Assembly: GCF_001194135.2 (NCBI RefSeq)
Contig: NC_069000.1
Location: 14,404,300 to 14,468,299, forward strand
DNA length: 64,000 bases
Direction of reading: 5' to 3'
DNA from: Octopus bimaculoides
Lineage: Eukaryota
The translations under genes were made by a program, and so were the position numbers. This document shows positions 1 through 43,302 of this stretch, piece after piece (within the stretch, counting starts at the first letter, position 1; every line of letters begins with the position of its first letter). The notes under the pieces are model-generated. The model ran no database searches and was not told the origin of the DNA. It worked only from the letters and a program-made list of their open reading frames with translations.

Positions 1-943
1 TGTCTGATTTGTCACATTATTTTATGATTGGTAGAGCATCCTATTGTCGTATTTTAACTCCAGTTGTATTGTAAATCTAATGTTTATGCTCAAACTACCT
101 ATGATGAACAACAGATATTGTCAACACTATAAGTTAGAACTTCTGTAAAAATTTATTTTCAATAATTTTATAGCTGTGTAGCCCCCATGCTGTGAGATAG
201 ATGAATACATTGGTAATACTTTACAAGCACTAATGAATTGATGTTTGTACTTGAAATTGGGTTTAACCCTGTTTCTTCATTTAACACTGTTTCTCAACCA
301 GTTTTTTCCTGTCTTCTGAGGTGTAAATTGCTGGTGTTTTGTAGAAGGTTAATTAAATTTTCTTTTCAAAGCAGTGACCATTAAATCTTCAATTTTCAAG
401 ATATTGCTGTTCAGTATTTTCTCTGATTTATTTTAAAATTGAAGAATATAAACATTCTCTTTGTTTAATTTTTTCTTTTTTTTTGATACTTATATGGGCT
501 TTGTGGTTTTGGAGTTTTCCTAGCAACTACTGTATTTATTGGCTTTTATATAAGATGTACAAGAAACTATTGGATGACTAAAGTGCACCACAGTTTTGTT
601 AGATCTGTTGCTGAACCACTTTTTGTCAATAACCTAAATACTTGCTTTGTGTTTATAAGGTGCTGGCTGATTTTCTGGAAGATTTTTTTGTTGAAAAATG
701 TGCACATTATAAGCTGTCAAATATAGTTTGTGGTTTCAGGTTCAGTTCCACCATATGGCACCTTGGGCAAGTGTATTCTTCTACTATAACCTCTGGTCAA
801 CTAAAACCTTGGCGGTGAGATTTGGTAACAGGTACTATGTGGAGGTCCACTAGATGGACTTTGTTTCTTTGAGACATACACTTAATCAGTCACCTGATTT
901 TAACATCACCAACTAGCCCTTGAGTGCACTTAGTGGAGTATAA

Positions 944-1165
944 CCCTTTAGCATTCAGATTACTTTGTCAAAAATGTATTGCTTATTTATTTACGTTATT
1001 TTGAGTGAATCATGCATTATCTTGTAGCTTTGAGATTTTGATGATGTGATTGTTTATTTTTAGAATGACATTGTAGGATAGGTGTGAGAGGCCAGATCTG
1101 GTCCGTTTAAACATGAAACAGGTAGAATATTTGGGCCAGATATGGCCTGTTTAAATGCTAAAGGG
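944..1165. mobile_element. Non-autonomous piggyBac-like MITE (~222 bp), copy 1
   Basis: TIR CCCTTTAGCATT...AATGCTAAAGGG, flanked by ATAA/TTAA; internally similar to the copy at 7228. Confidence 0.75.
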
Positions 1166-1916
1166 TTAAACTGTTGCAAACATTTGCACCAGGTAATTGG
1201 GCTGTGAATTACTTTCTCCCTCTTGTCCTAGAGAACTTGAATGGAGTCGGGTGAGGTGAATACTGACTGCCCTTTCTCCCTTCACTAAGCCATGAAAAAA
1301 TACAGCTTCTAAAAAATATATATTTTCCTTGTTTTGATCAGTGACTTCTATTTATCATTTTTTTATGCTGCAGAAATTGTTTTTTTCTTCTTTATTTTAG
1401 CTTTAATTTGTTCTTAAATTTTATATAAAAATAATTTGATAGCTTATTTACAGTGAATAATATTTTTAGTCTGAATATTGTCTGTTACCAGCTTCTGGCT
1501 TTCTTTGGTGTCTTGTATTCTGCTTTTGGTTGATTGTGTAATTTTCAAGTTGTTTTAAATAATTTCTTCTGTCTCTTCTTTTTCTATTCAGTTGATTCAT
1601 CTGCTCTGATGTAAATAGTGGTGGATATTTTTGATAATGATTCATATTCTATAAGAGATATTTTAATCTATTTTTTTTCTTTTTGCTCTTAAGTTTGTAG
1701 TGGCTTGTAAAAGGAAATATAAATAAGTGTTTCTAAAATATTGTAATTATCAATATATCTAAAATTTATTTTGAAATCATAAAACTGGATGTTTAAATTT
1801 ATCTTTTATTTTCACTCAATTTGGAAAACATCATAAAATAATCTCTTTGTATAACTAATATTTAGTCATTTAAATATTAGTTATGTAAGTTATTTTAACT
1901 TTTTTTTAAATTACAG

Positions 1917-31371
<29,455 letters not shown>

Positions 31372-32288
31372 AATGTATTGCTGTTCAACTAGATGAGCTA
31401 GCTTATACCTGTCACCCACTGCCATCACCAATTCTGCTTACATTATTTTTTCTCTTGAACTCAATGCTGATAGGTGAGAAAGGAGAAATTTCAAGAAACA
31501 CATTTTTTGGCCTCCCAGTTTTGGCCTGATGGGAAATCTCTATGGACCAAAGCTTTGTCACTCTTCAAAGTAAATAATCTACTATAAATAGAATCTTTTG
31601 AAAAACTGATTCTGTCAAACAGACCAGTTTTCTTTTGGCAATTTCTACAATTTTTCTTCAGTTATGGCGAAAACTACAAAAACAAACAAAAAGCAAAAAA
31701 AATACCAATAACAAAAACGGTTCTTACTTACTGACGTTATTTATTATCAGATTTCACCAGGGACTCATTTTTTTTTTTTTTTTTTTCCTTTGAGTATATG
31801 TGTGTGTGTAAGTATGTACATACGTTGCGTGTATATAATGTACATATGTGTGCGAGATTTGAATGAATGTTCATAACTATAAAACTTGATTATTACAATG
31901 AAGAAAAATTGTAGAATTATTCTTTAGAAATATAAGTCTTTTTGAGAAAGATTTAACAAAAAAAAAAAAAAAAAAAANNNNNNNNNNNTAAAAAAAAAAA
32001 AAAAAAAAAAAAGTCTCCTTTCATGTTGGTAATATTGTCTTTGTTTCTTTGTTCTATTTTCTGATAAATTATATTGTAATACTTAACTTTGGTCTTATCT
32101 TTTCACCTCTAATTTACGAAGATCATGTTGCTGTAATTAGAAAAAAACCCCCCACTTTGTTGATCTTCAAATCAGACATTCGTATTACCAGCACAGTTTT
32201 TCTTTTTAAGCTATATAGAAGCCCCCTCCCAATTTCTCACAGTTTCGATCCTACCTTCACTCATTCTTATCTGTTATTCTTATAAAGA

Positions 32289-32323
<35 letters not shown>

Positions 32324-33274
32324 GTTTTTTGACAAATGTGTAAAATCTATTTAAAACGTTTCACACAATCCCCCACATAGAAGAAAACATATTTTTTATT
32401 CATCAAAGATAGGGATCCACATATTTTATACTTGTATAATAAAATATCAAACAATTACACACACACACACACACATCTACATATTAATGAACAAACATGC
32501 ACACTCATTATGTTTAGTCTCTGATCTTAGTTTTTATGTCACAGATTTGCCATAGTGCCTAAAATGAATATATATATATATGTATGTATATACATATATA
32601 TATATTGTTGTTATTCATATGTTGTAATTTATCTTGTTCTATAGATGTTGATTTTGGTAATTCTGAGAAACACCGTTTTATATTCATCACTGATAAAGCA
32701 CTTATGGAATGAGGTGATTAATCATGATAGCTGTTAAAGTTTATTTTTTTATTTTTAAAACTTGGAGTTAGGCAGTTGGTGCCTCTCTTAAAAAAAACCT
32801 GACTGCTATATTGCCTCCTCCATCTCCACCCTAGTAATAATCATTTGCTGGCAAAATGTGTTTTTTTTCTTTTTACATTTTAATTTTCATTTTGTGAAGA
32901 ATGTTAACAGTTAATCCCTCTCCCTCTCTCTTTGCCATTAACTCGCTCTATTGGTTGGGGGCATTGATCTCATATAGTGTATGATTTTGTAAATATTTGT
33001 CTGCTCTCCATTGCTCACTTTTGTTTCGTTAGTAAAAGCACTTGACATTCCTATTAAACATTCCTTTCAGTGACTGATGTTTCTCTCCTCTGTTAGCCTC
33101 ACTTTGTACTATACCACATGTCCTGACAAAACCATTAATTCCGTACATTTCGTGGAATAATGAAGCAAACTTAAGGAAAAATGTAAACATGGCTATATTA
33201 AAAAAGAGAATATATATATATATATATTAATATATATATTAATATATATGAGATTAAATCTTTATTAAAAGTAC

Positions 33275-33280
33275 AATAAA
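33275..33280 (+). terminator. Candidate polyadenylation signal (AATAAA) of the KMT2/trx gene, implying a ~1.9-kb 3'UTR; alternative AATAAA at 32438-32443
   Basis: AATAAA followed within ~20-30 nt by U/GU-rich sequence (ttttaatcttgtctgtc); no transcript evidence. Confidence 0.45.
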
Positions 33281-33814
33281 AACGAAAGTGCAATTTTAAT
33301 CTTGTCTGTCATTACCTATTCTCAGTTGAGCTTGGCGTAAACACAGTTGCCTCCCTTCCATGTACAGAGATTCAACACATTCCTTTGTTACTAGTGCATT
33401 TCATTGATTTCCAGGCTAAGCTACTGCTTGCACATGCAGTTGATTATAAGATGCAATGACTATATGGTTAAGATATGCTAGAAAGCTCTGCATTAAGATT
33501 TAGGTTAAGATTTAGGTTAGGCATGTTTCGTATTGTTAAATATGTAACCAAAGGAAGGCAACTAAATACCAAATTCTTATGATTGTTTTACATCCACTTT
33601 TCAATTAATAGGTGGAATGGTTTATTTTCTTTTGTTCACAATTTTGGATATTTTCATAGTATTAGAGAGCAATTAATTACATTTGCATGTGAATGTCCTT
33701 TTCTTATTCCTACAATTTTCAGCTATAAAACAGTACTAGAACTTGTTAGTCAAGCAATTTGTGAGATAAATTATACAATCTACAGAATATAGTGATAAAG
33801 CTTATACTCATGCT

Positions 33815-34088
33815 CAGGGGTTCTCAACCATTTTTTTTTATCTATGAATCCTTTTATTATTTTATTCTGGTGGATCCCCATAGCCATTCAATGTATAAAA
33901 ACTAGTTTTATTGAAACTTTTTTTTAAAATTCCCATTAACTTGTGTAGGTTGAATTATGTAAAACATTAGAGAAAGAAACCTAGGTGTTTCTTGCAATAC
34001 AAACGTTTAAAGCAAAATTTTTCAGGGGCCATCAAGAGACTATTGTGGACCCTCCCTAAAATATATGGACCCCAGTTGAGAACTATTG
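33815..34088. mobile_element. hAT/Charlie-like MITE (~275 bp)
   Basis: TIR CAGGGGTTCTCAAC...GTTGAGAACTATTG; inverted homologue at 49552-49824 and partial copy near 45960-46075; no intact TSD. Confidence 0.6.
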
Positions 34089-37001
34089 GTTCTGAGGATC
34101 ATCACATTATTTAGAAGCTTCCTGTCTCATAGAATAACAAAGACTTATATTTTGTTAAAGAAGCATTTCTTTTTTATTAGCAGGTGTGACAATCATGCCA
34201 TGATTAGAGCCAAAATATTCCAAACAACACTCTTTATGTTTTATGTGTAGAGAAAATGTGAGTCCTTTTGGAGTTTGAATAACAAATTTGTTTATTTTTC
34301 TTACTCAGTGGAACTTTTAAAACTATGTGTCAGTCATTTGTTACACTGATGCAATCCCACGAGATTGTGAGGAAGAGGTACTAAAGTGCATTTAATCATT
34401 TCGCAGAAGGTTGGTAAACAAAGTTTGATCCTGGTGAGATTTAAAACCATGTAAATGAACAAATCTAAAGGCAATTTATTTAGTACAGAGTTTTATGCTC
34501 TGATCTTCTAACACCAATGGCATATGTCAAAAGTTAACTGAAGTTCATGGGTATATAATTTGGAACATGAGTCATTCATTTACATCCAATCATCTTTGTC
34601 CCTTCATTGTTTCACTACATTATGTCACGCTATTTAATTTTTTTAATCATGAAATTCATAATTGTGTATGTATATTTCTCTAGAGGGTCTTCAATCATAT
34701 GAGGTTGGCCTAGTGGATAAAGCTTGTTCAAACTGTCAGAAATAAATTTTCTATGTTGGGAAAAGAAGGCTGTTCTGTAGAAATAGGGCATCTGGCATTG
34801 ATATGAAGAACATACAGATTGGAATAGTTTTTAATATAAAAAAAAAACGTGAAAGACCTCAGACTACACTAACTAGTTTGTGTGAGCTTTGCTTTATACC
34901 CTATTACCAATAATGCTATATTGTATCTTCCTATAAAATTATCACCATAATTGACAAAAGTTACATCCATAATAAATGAACATTTTTCTTTGTTGTTTTC
35001 CTTCTTTCCTTTCTTACTGACATTGTTAAAGACTTCTGGTTTTCTTACAAATGCAATTAAGAGAAAGGTTTGTGTGAAATCAAAAAAATTTTAACGAAAG
35101 TATTTTGCAAACACTCACTGTATATGTCTTGGGAATTATGATTTCCTTAAAGCATGCTTCTCTATGACAAAGGTTTCTATAAAATGACCATCATCTCCAA
35201 TATCATCATCATCATTTAACATCCATGTTTCCATGCTTGCATGGGTCAGATGGAATCTGTTGAGGTAGGTTTTCTACAACTGTATGCCCTTCCTGTCACC
35301 AGCCCGCACCTGTTTTTAAGCAAGGTAACATCTGTTCACACATGTTTTCCATAGAAATACACAACATCGCTTGTATGATTATTGTTGCTCAATTTACAGT
35401 CATCACATGATCTCAAGACAAGGGATAAATGAAAATCAGGGATTCTTGAATAAAAATAACTTTGCCAAGAGTTGGAGAAAAGCCACTGTACCCATCAGTA
35501 TACAGATCTGTTTGAAATTTTCCAATATTGATAGACTTCATTTGGGATAAATGTACATAATTTCCTAGTTTTCATTTCCTCACTAAACTTTACTGCTGTT
35601 AATTCTTTCTATTTTGTTTTGTATTTATATTTCTTTTAATTGCCAGATGTAACATCTACATTTTCTTTTGATTTAAGATAAATTTACTGCCAAGTTTTGT
35701 TGTGAAGTAGGCGATTGATTTAAGTTGTCTTTGCAGTATATTTATAGGCTTGCTGCAGTACTTTTGTTTTGATTAAAAGGAAGAGAAATTTACTTAGAAA
35801 AAGGCAGTGTGGGGACTAGTCGATGTAATTGATCCCAGTGTTTCACTGATAATTTACAGACCCCGAAAGGATGAAAGACAAAAGTTGACCTCAGCAGAAT
35901 TTGAACTCAGAACATAAAGATGGATGAAATGCTGCCAAGCATTTTGCTTGTGCTAATGATTCTGCCAGCTCACCACCTTAATAGTAATGATAATGATTTC
36001 AAATCATGGCACGAGGCCAACAATTCTGGGCAAGGGGTTTAGTTGATTACATCAACCCCAGTGCTCAACTGTTACTTATTTTATCGACCCTGAAAGGACG
36101 AAAGAAAGACAAGGTCAACCCCAGCAGAATTTGAACTCAGCATTTCAAAGATGGAAGAAATGCCACTAATCATTTTCTGAATTAGGTCCAAGGCCAACGA
36201 TGTTGAAGGGAAGAAGCTAGTTGGTAATATCAAGCTTCAGTTTTGGTAGAGATGCGCTTGCCCAAGGTGCAGCTCGTAGGGACTGAACCTGAAACCACGT
36301 TGGTGGACTGTTGCTGTGAGAAAGTTGTGATATATAAAACCAGGAAAAACATATAGTGAAGTCTTAACGAGTTGGATAGGGAAAATGCAAGGACAGGAAA
36401 AGGTTGCATGATGAAGACTGGCAACTAGGATAGACAAGAAAAATAAGTTTGCCTCCTATGAAATCAAATAAAAAAAATCTTCGATAAAAATGTAGCATTA
36501 GTTAATTATGATGAAAATTAAAGGAGACAAAACGCAAAACAAGAGTGCAACATGTACAGCACAAAGCAACGAAAATTCATAAATACTTGAACGATGTGTT
36601 TCAGCAAATAACATAGCATAGAAGAATAAGTTTGTTTGCTTTATGAACCGGAAGGTAAAAAGAGTGATCAGTGATTATAACGGAAGCAGGGAGGGAATAG
36701 GCGGAGATATGTAGAGACAACGTTGTAGATAAGGAGAAAAACAAAAAAGATGGATTCAAAGAACAGACGAGTGTCACAGCATTTAGTACAAAGCCAAACG
36801 TGAAAAGGTGTGGCTGTGTGCGTCGGCAGTAAAAAATATAAAGTATGGGCACAAACGATGAAAATACGTAACGGTAAAAATGAAAAGGAAAAATACTCAA
36901 CGAAAATTTAGCCTTCAACAGCTGTCGCACTAAGAATTCAGGTAGTTTCGACGTCTTGAGACAGAACTGCTCAGCTTAGTGGCATCAGCAACAATTGTGT
37001 T

Positions 37002-37034
<33 letters not shown>

Positions 37035-37038
<4 letters not shown>

Positions 37039-37365
37039 ACCACCGTCGGCCATGAATGACCATGGGATTGCACGTGGACAGTTGCTCTCTGAGGCACAAG
37101 TCCAGGCAAGGTTGTTTGTGGAGGACTATCAGTCGCCTATGCATACCAGCCTTCCATCTCCATGCCACCAATGTTATCCAAGGGAAAGGCAAAGGCTGAT
37201 ACAGCTTGGCACTAGTGACGTCGTAACTCGTTTCTACAGCTGAGTGAACTGGAGCAACGTGAAACAAAATGTCTTGCTCAAGAACACAACAGAGTCCAGT
37301 CTGGGAATTAAACTCACTACTTAATGATTGTGAGCCCGACGCTCTAACTACTGAGCCATGCGCCT
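37035..37365 (-). mobile_element. tRNA-derived SINE, family D
   Basis: Homologous end to end with the 2474-2851 copy; ends next to (TA)n. Confidence 0.75.
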
Positions 37366-38390
37366 TACTCTTTTACTTTTTATATATACACACACACACA
37401 CACACACACATACTTAAATGTATGTATGTATAAATATTTACATACTAAAAGTACTCGTGAAAATACTGCTACCCATTTTATGACATACTGTCAGCCATTA
37501 AAGATCTCACTCGGTAATAATTCTGTTATTTCCTTCTTAATCCTATGATTTATTTCTAAGAAATCTTGTCTACTCTCTTCGATCATGTTTCCTTTTCCAT
37601 TCTAGCTCGTGCGATATAGATTCTTGCTTATAATCATCGTTCATATTTTGTCTTCTATCTTGATTAACAATTCTCATTCTCTTTGTTTCAACTTCGTCGT
37701 TCGTTATAGTAATGCTAATTGGTGTGCACTCATATACACATATTCTCACTCCTACACACACGCACAGCTAGGTTTTGTATGTGTGTGTGTGTGTGTGTGG
37801 TAATAGTATACGTAGGTGAGTCAGTATGTATATGTTCAAACGGAACAGTAATGTTCATCTGAACCTCCCTTTCACTATTGTACACACACTTTTATCATCC
37901 TCTTTTTACACCAGAGGAATGTATCGTTAGTACTTTTATATAATTGATAGTCGGGACACATCTCAATGATTGTTTAATTTGTTGCAAAGCTTTGTATGTA
38001 ACCGAATGAATGTTGGAAAACTTTAAGTTAGGCAATCGTTACAGTTGCAGTGGTATCAAAGTATCGACATCACAACTCGTAAACTCATGAAGAAGACAAC
38101 AATATTATTTAAGACATTGTAATATAGGACGAAGTTGACTTTGTCGCAACAGTATTTTTCAAATAAATTATTTGCAGTATTGAAAAGTTTTGATTTTAGT
38201 TATAATCTTTTGTTTCAGTCATTGGACTGTGACCATACTGGAAGCAGCGCCTCGAAAGGTTTAGTCAGTCAAATCGACTCCGGTACTTATTTTCAAAGTC
38301 TGGTACTTTTGCGGAACCGCTACGTTATGGAGTGGGACGTAAACAAACTAACACCAGTTGTCAAGCGATGAAAGAACAGACACACACCAC

Positions 38391-38534
38391 ACTAGCGTAG
38401 CTTGATGAGGACGGCGGGGGCGGTCCGCTCCAGGCGGCACTTTTATGGTGTTGACACCACTTTTGGGTCTGCTGTAGGCAATATGTATATTTTTGTAGGG
38501 TCCCGGGGGCGGCACACATTCTAGCTACGCTAGT
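38391..38534. mobile_element. GC-rich MITE (144 bp) nested in a family-A SINE
   Basis: 15-bp TIR ACTAGCGTAGCTTGA / TCTAGCTACGCTAGT (1 mismatch); SINE sequence on both sides. Confidence 0.65.
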
Positions 38535-40363
38535 CTCTCTCTCTCACACGGCTTCCACACAGTTTCAGTTTATCAAATACATCGACAAGGCATTGGTCAG
38601 TGCCCAGCCCAATAGTAGAAACACACTTGCCCAAAGTGCTGCAGAATGGGACTGAACTTAAAACCATGTGGTTGCAAAGCGACCTTCTAAACCACATAGC
38701 GTTGCTTGTATTACGTTTAGTAAACAATGTCGGCATTTGACCATTTTTATTTACGTTTCTGAGTTTCTATTTCTACTTTATTGTATTTTTTTAAGGTTCG
38801 GTTCGAAAGGTTTCCAACTCTCTGGTAACCCTGGTTGGGACTGACGTAAGAGAGTTGCCTTGGAGCACAAAGGTAGCCAGTTTATCCTTTTTCATATTGT
38901 CTGTACTAAATTCAAGATGTCAAGGGACGTAACTCTGCAAGGCATATTGTCTGCAGCTCTACAGATTCTGCTTTCCACGGTTTTTCATAAATGTAAATGT
39001 AATTTTTTTTTATATCAAATGTACAAAAAAAACAAAAAACAAAGGTGATTCTGCAACATTCCTACGTGGTATGCGGCCATAATTAATTACCAATAGTTAA
39101 CAAAATTGCGAAAACGAGCCAAAGAGACGAATTTAATGCGTTCCCTAGAAATAGTCGCCAAATATCCCTCAAATTGTACGCTATCGTTAAAAAGGTGTAA
39201 AAAAAAAAAAAAAAAGAGATAAACAAGAACGACACATCGGGTAATTTTGTTTCGGTAAATTATTTCAGTAGACAAGAAAGGATGGTCAATGTTTATTGTC
39301 TTAAATTATTTCCTTTTAAGCCCGGTACTTATTCTATCGGTCAGTTTTGTCGAACCGCTAAGTTAGAGACGTAAACATACCAACATCGGTTGTCAAGCCG
39401 TGGTTGGGGACAAACACATTCCCCCCCCCCCCACACATTCGACAGGCTTCTTTCAGTTTCCGCCTACCAGATCCACTCACAAGGCTGAAAGCTATAAAGG
39501 ATACATAGAACAATGTGGTTGCAAAACAAACTTCTTACTACACAGTCACGTCTGCACCTAAAGTTACAATAATGAGTTTGATCTATATCATCATGCTGAC
39601 GGAGATTTCAACTGAGTTCATTTTTGTTTTTCGTTAAAGCTCTGTTTATACTGATTGCAAGTAATTTCTTGTTTTCTTAACAACTGTAGAGAGTTATTTT
39701 TAGTAACTGAGATCTATTTTGATGTTTGATACACAATCACTTTCACTGTTAGTATCGATATCGACATGAAATATATATTCATCGCCGACGGCCAGAAAGC
39801 TTTTTCTTCACGACATCTTTAAACATAAACAATGGACATCTGTGTGAGCTTCTACAGATATTCTTTTTGTCCGTATGTAAGTCAATCCGGCAGATTGGCT
39901 TACAGGCTATTCATTAGTCCTTGACTGTTGGATAGTCTATCACAGAGGTACTCAAAGTTGGCAGGACCACCCTCGAAGAAGGTGTAAGGCTTTAGGAAAC
40001 GGTGAGGTAATATAATTAACATACTAAATTTTACCTGTAATGATAAATATATTAATTTAAAATTTTGGCACAAGGCCAGCAATTTCAGGGAAGGGGTAAG
40101 TTGATTACATCGAACTGCTTCCGTACTCAAGTGGTACTTATTTGAATTCAAAACTGGAATTTGAACTCCAAACTTCAAGACAAGAAATACCGCTAAACAT
40201 TTTACCCGGCGTGCTGACGTTTCTTATTTCTTTACTGCCCACAAGGGGCTACACACAGAGGGGACAAACAAGGACAGACAAAGGTACTTATTCTATCGCT
40301 CTCTTTTGCTGAACCACTATCAGCAGTTATCAAGCGGCGGTGGTGGGACAAACATAGACAGAA

Positions 40364-40395
<32 letters not shown>

Positions 40396-40944
40396 AACGG
40401 GATTCTTTCAGTTTCCGTCTACCAAATTCACTCACAAGGCTTTGGTCAGCCTGAGACTATATAGTAGAAGACACTTGCCCAAAGTGCAACGCAGTGGGAC
40501 TGAACCCGGAACCATGTGATTGGGAAGCAAGCTTCTTACCACACAGGCTCACCGGTATTTTTTTCTTTTATTTTTTGTCTTTATCAATTGTTTTTATTAT
40601 TTCACTATTAAAAGCTTATACAATCCATTTAAATTATCATCCAGGTTAAGTTAATTTAGTCGTGATACCTCACTCGTCACTTAAATGTGCGCTAGACATA
40701 ACAGCTACTTAAAAGAGGGACACTAGACATAATAACTTAAAAGGTGAAGGATGTTACACACAAAAAAAAAACAAAACAGTTAAGAACCTTTGGTCTATCC
40801 CAACGTTACACTTTGTTAGTGATTTAGTAATTCAGATTTGCCGCATGAATATTTGGCAGTCACAAAACACTGAGAAACGGAACTGGGACCGCTATCCGAT
40901 GCAAACAAACAGCTAAAGTAACACGAACGTGATTCGCCCAAATA

Positions 40945-40960
40945 TTGATGACGTCATCAA
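40945..40960. promoter_or_regulatory. Perfect 16-bp palindrome TTGATGACGTCATCAA containing a full CRE (TGACGTCA)
   Basis: Sequence seen directly; function inferred only. Confidence 0.3.
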
Positions 40961-41999
40961 ATCACAAACCATTCAAAAATTTCTGGTGGACCAGAAAATC
41001 ACTAGTGCACTTTTCCTGCCTAGAATATCGGTTATATATTTTTGCCACTAACCAATTGGAAGCTGGAGCAGATAGCAGTAGAGAACCAGAAAGCAAACTA
41101 GCGCAGTGTCCGTAGCACCAAGACAATGTCGACGACGTTGGTGATGGTGGCGGCTGCAACAACAACATTCTCTAACCAGCTAACTCCAAAGGAACACAAG
41201 GTAGCGACGAATGGTATACTTGATAACGACAAAATTTAGCTGCTAATGATAAGAGTAAATAATTTTGTGTTCATCTGGTCCGTATCAACTCCATACCAAA
41301 TCACAACACCATCCATTTACACGCAGAAACATTTTATCGCTACTGTTCATTCTCAGTTTCGTATTTGTGGTCGAACAATAAGTGCACCAGTGTACAAAAG
41401 GACATTTGATACTCGAAACACAAACAAACAAACTTTTTGGTCACATGACGAATTGCTGATAAAGTTATGTTTCTTTTAGAAATTATTCTTCGAATTGCGA
41501 TAGGCAGAACCAGATTAAACTAATGCGGAGTCAGTGTTTCTCTTCAGTGTAGGCATGGCTCTGTGCTTGAGATGCTCGCTTTGCAACCATGCGGTTTGGG
41601 GTTCAGTTTCATTGCGAGCGACCTTGAGTGTCTTGTACGACAGCCTCGGGCTGATCAGTGCTTTTGTAAGTGGATTTGGTGGATTTAAACTGTGTGGAAG
41701 CACGTCATATATATCAAGGGGGGGGGGGTGAGATTGAGTGGCACGTTCCCCCCCACCAGAATTCTTCAAGTCGGTGCCCCAGCATGAAAGTACTAAAAAT
41801 AAAAGACATTGCCAAGAAATTCAGCCCCAAATTATTTAAGGTAAACAATACAGGAAATATAATTTTTTCCCCTTCCTTGTGTACCATTACAAGAAGTGGA
41901 GGAGAGTAGAAGAGTTCATCCAAAAATATTCTTTCCGTATTTAATGCTGAAACTTTACAAAATGAAACACGAGCTCAAAACTGACATCTGAGTAAGATA

Positions 42000-42470
42000 N
42001 NNNNNNNNNNNNNNNNNNNNNNNNNNNNNNNNNNNNNNNNNNNNNNNNNNNNNNNNNNNNNNNNNNNNNNNNNNNNNNNNNNNNNNNNNNNNNNNNNNNN
42101 NNNNNNNNNNNNNNNNNNNNNNNNNNNNNNNNNNNNNNNNNNNNNNNNNNNNNNNNNNNNNNNNNNNNNNNNNNNNNNNNNNNNNNNNNNNNNNNNNNNN
42201 NNNNNNNNNNNNNNNNNNNNNNNNNNNNNNNNNNNNNNNNNNNNNNNNNNNNNNNNNNNNNNNNNNNNNNNNNNNNNNNNNNNNNNNNNNNNNNNNNNNN
42301 NNNNNNNNNNNNNNNNNNNNNNNNNNNNNNNNNNNNNNNNNNNNNNNNNNNNNNNNNNNNNNNNNNNNNNNNNNNNNNNNNNNNNNNNNNNNNNNNNNNN
42401 NNNNNNNNNNNNNNNNNNNNNNNNNNNNNNNNNNNNNNNNNNNNNNNNNNNNNNNNNNNNNNNNNNNNNN
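42000..42470. other. Assembly gap; other N runs at 4804-4964, 31978-31988, 43610-43619, 52865-53182, ~53855-54656, 58838-59111
   Basis: N runs, mostly flanked by (TA)n or SINE sequence. Confidence 0.99.
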
Positions 42471-43302
42471 GTAGAATTTGAACTCAGAACGTGAAGACAG
42501 ACGAAATACCGCTAAGCATTTCGCCCGGTGTGCTAATGTTTCTTATTTCTTTACTGCCCACAAGGGGCTACACACAGAGGGGACAAATAAAGACAGACAA
42601 AGGGATTAAGTCGATTATATCGACCCAGTGCGTAACTGGTACTTATTCAATCGACCCTGAAAGGATAAAAGGCAAAGTCGACCTCGGCGGAATTTGAACT
42701 CAGAACGTAACGGCAGACGGCCAGCTCGCCGCCTTAAACTTTAAAGTCTATCAAATCTTTGTACCTAGAGGTTTCGTGCAGTTAACGTTAGTGAACTGCA
42801 ATCATCGCTGTAACACAAACTGAGATATCGTAAACAAGTAACTATATATGTATACAAGAATATATATAAACCTATTCAATGCACAAATATAGACTTACAT
42901 ATATTATTCACTGTTAATATTGATTTCTCAGTTTGACTCATGGCTACATACGCTGTTGTTTGGCTCTGGTTTAATCTTCACCGAGCAATCATACGCTCAA
43001 AAATATTCACAGATATGGCCGTCCCATTTCTTTAGAAGTGTCTAAGACTACATTATCTACCGAGTCCTCTTATATCTTAAGGTGGTAAGATATTTGAGTG
43101 AGATTTGGTTGCTATTTCTGCAAGTCAACAAACTCCTTTGTTGGCTCAACGTAACATATTTGTTGATGACTAAGTAAGCGACAGGTAAAGTTGGCAGGAT
43201 CGATCTCATCGTATGACTAATCTTATTGACTTGGGGTTGTCGACGCCAATCTTTCTGATGTATCCGAGAACATAAAAAATAAAAAATAAAAATGAACAAC
43301 TA

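Noticed and set aside
1225-1256. Possible 19-nt microexon (ctag|AGAACTTGAATGGAGTCGG|gtgagg) upstream of the first CXXC exon
   Set aside because: Does not encode the expected CxxC-L residues; the upstream CXXC exon is probably outside the window
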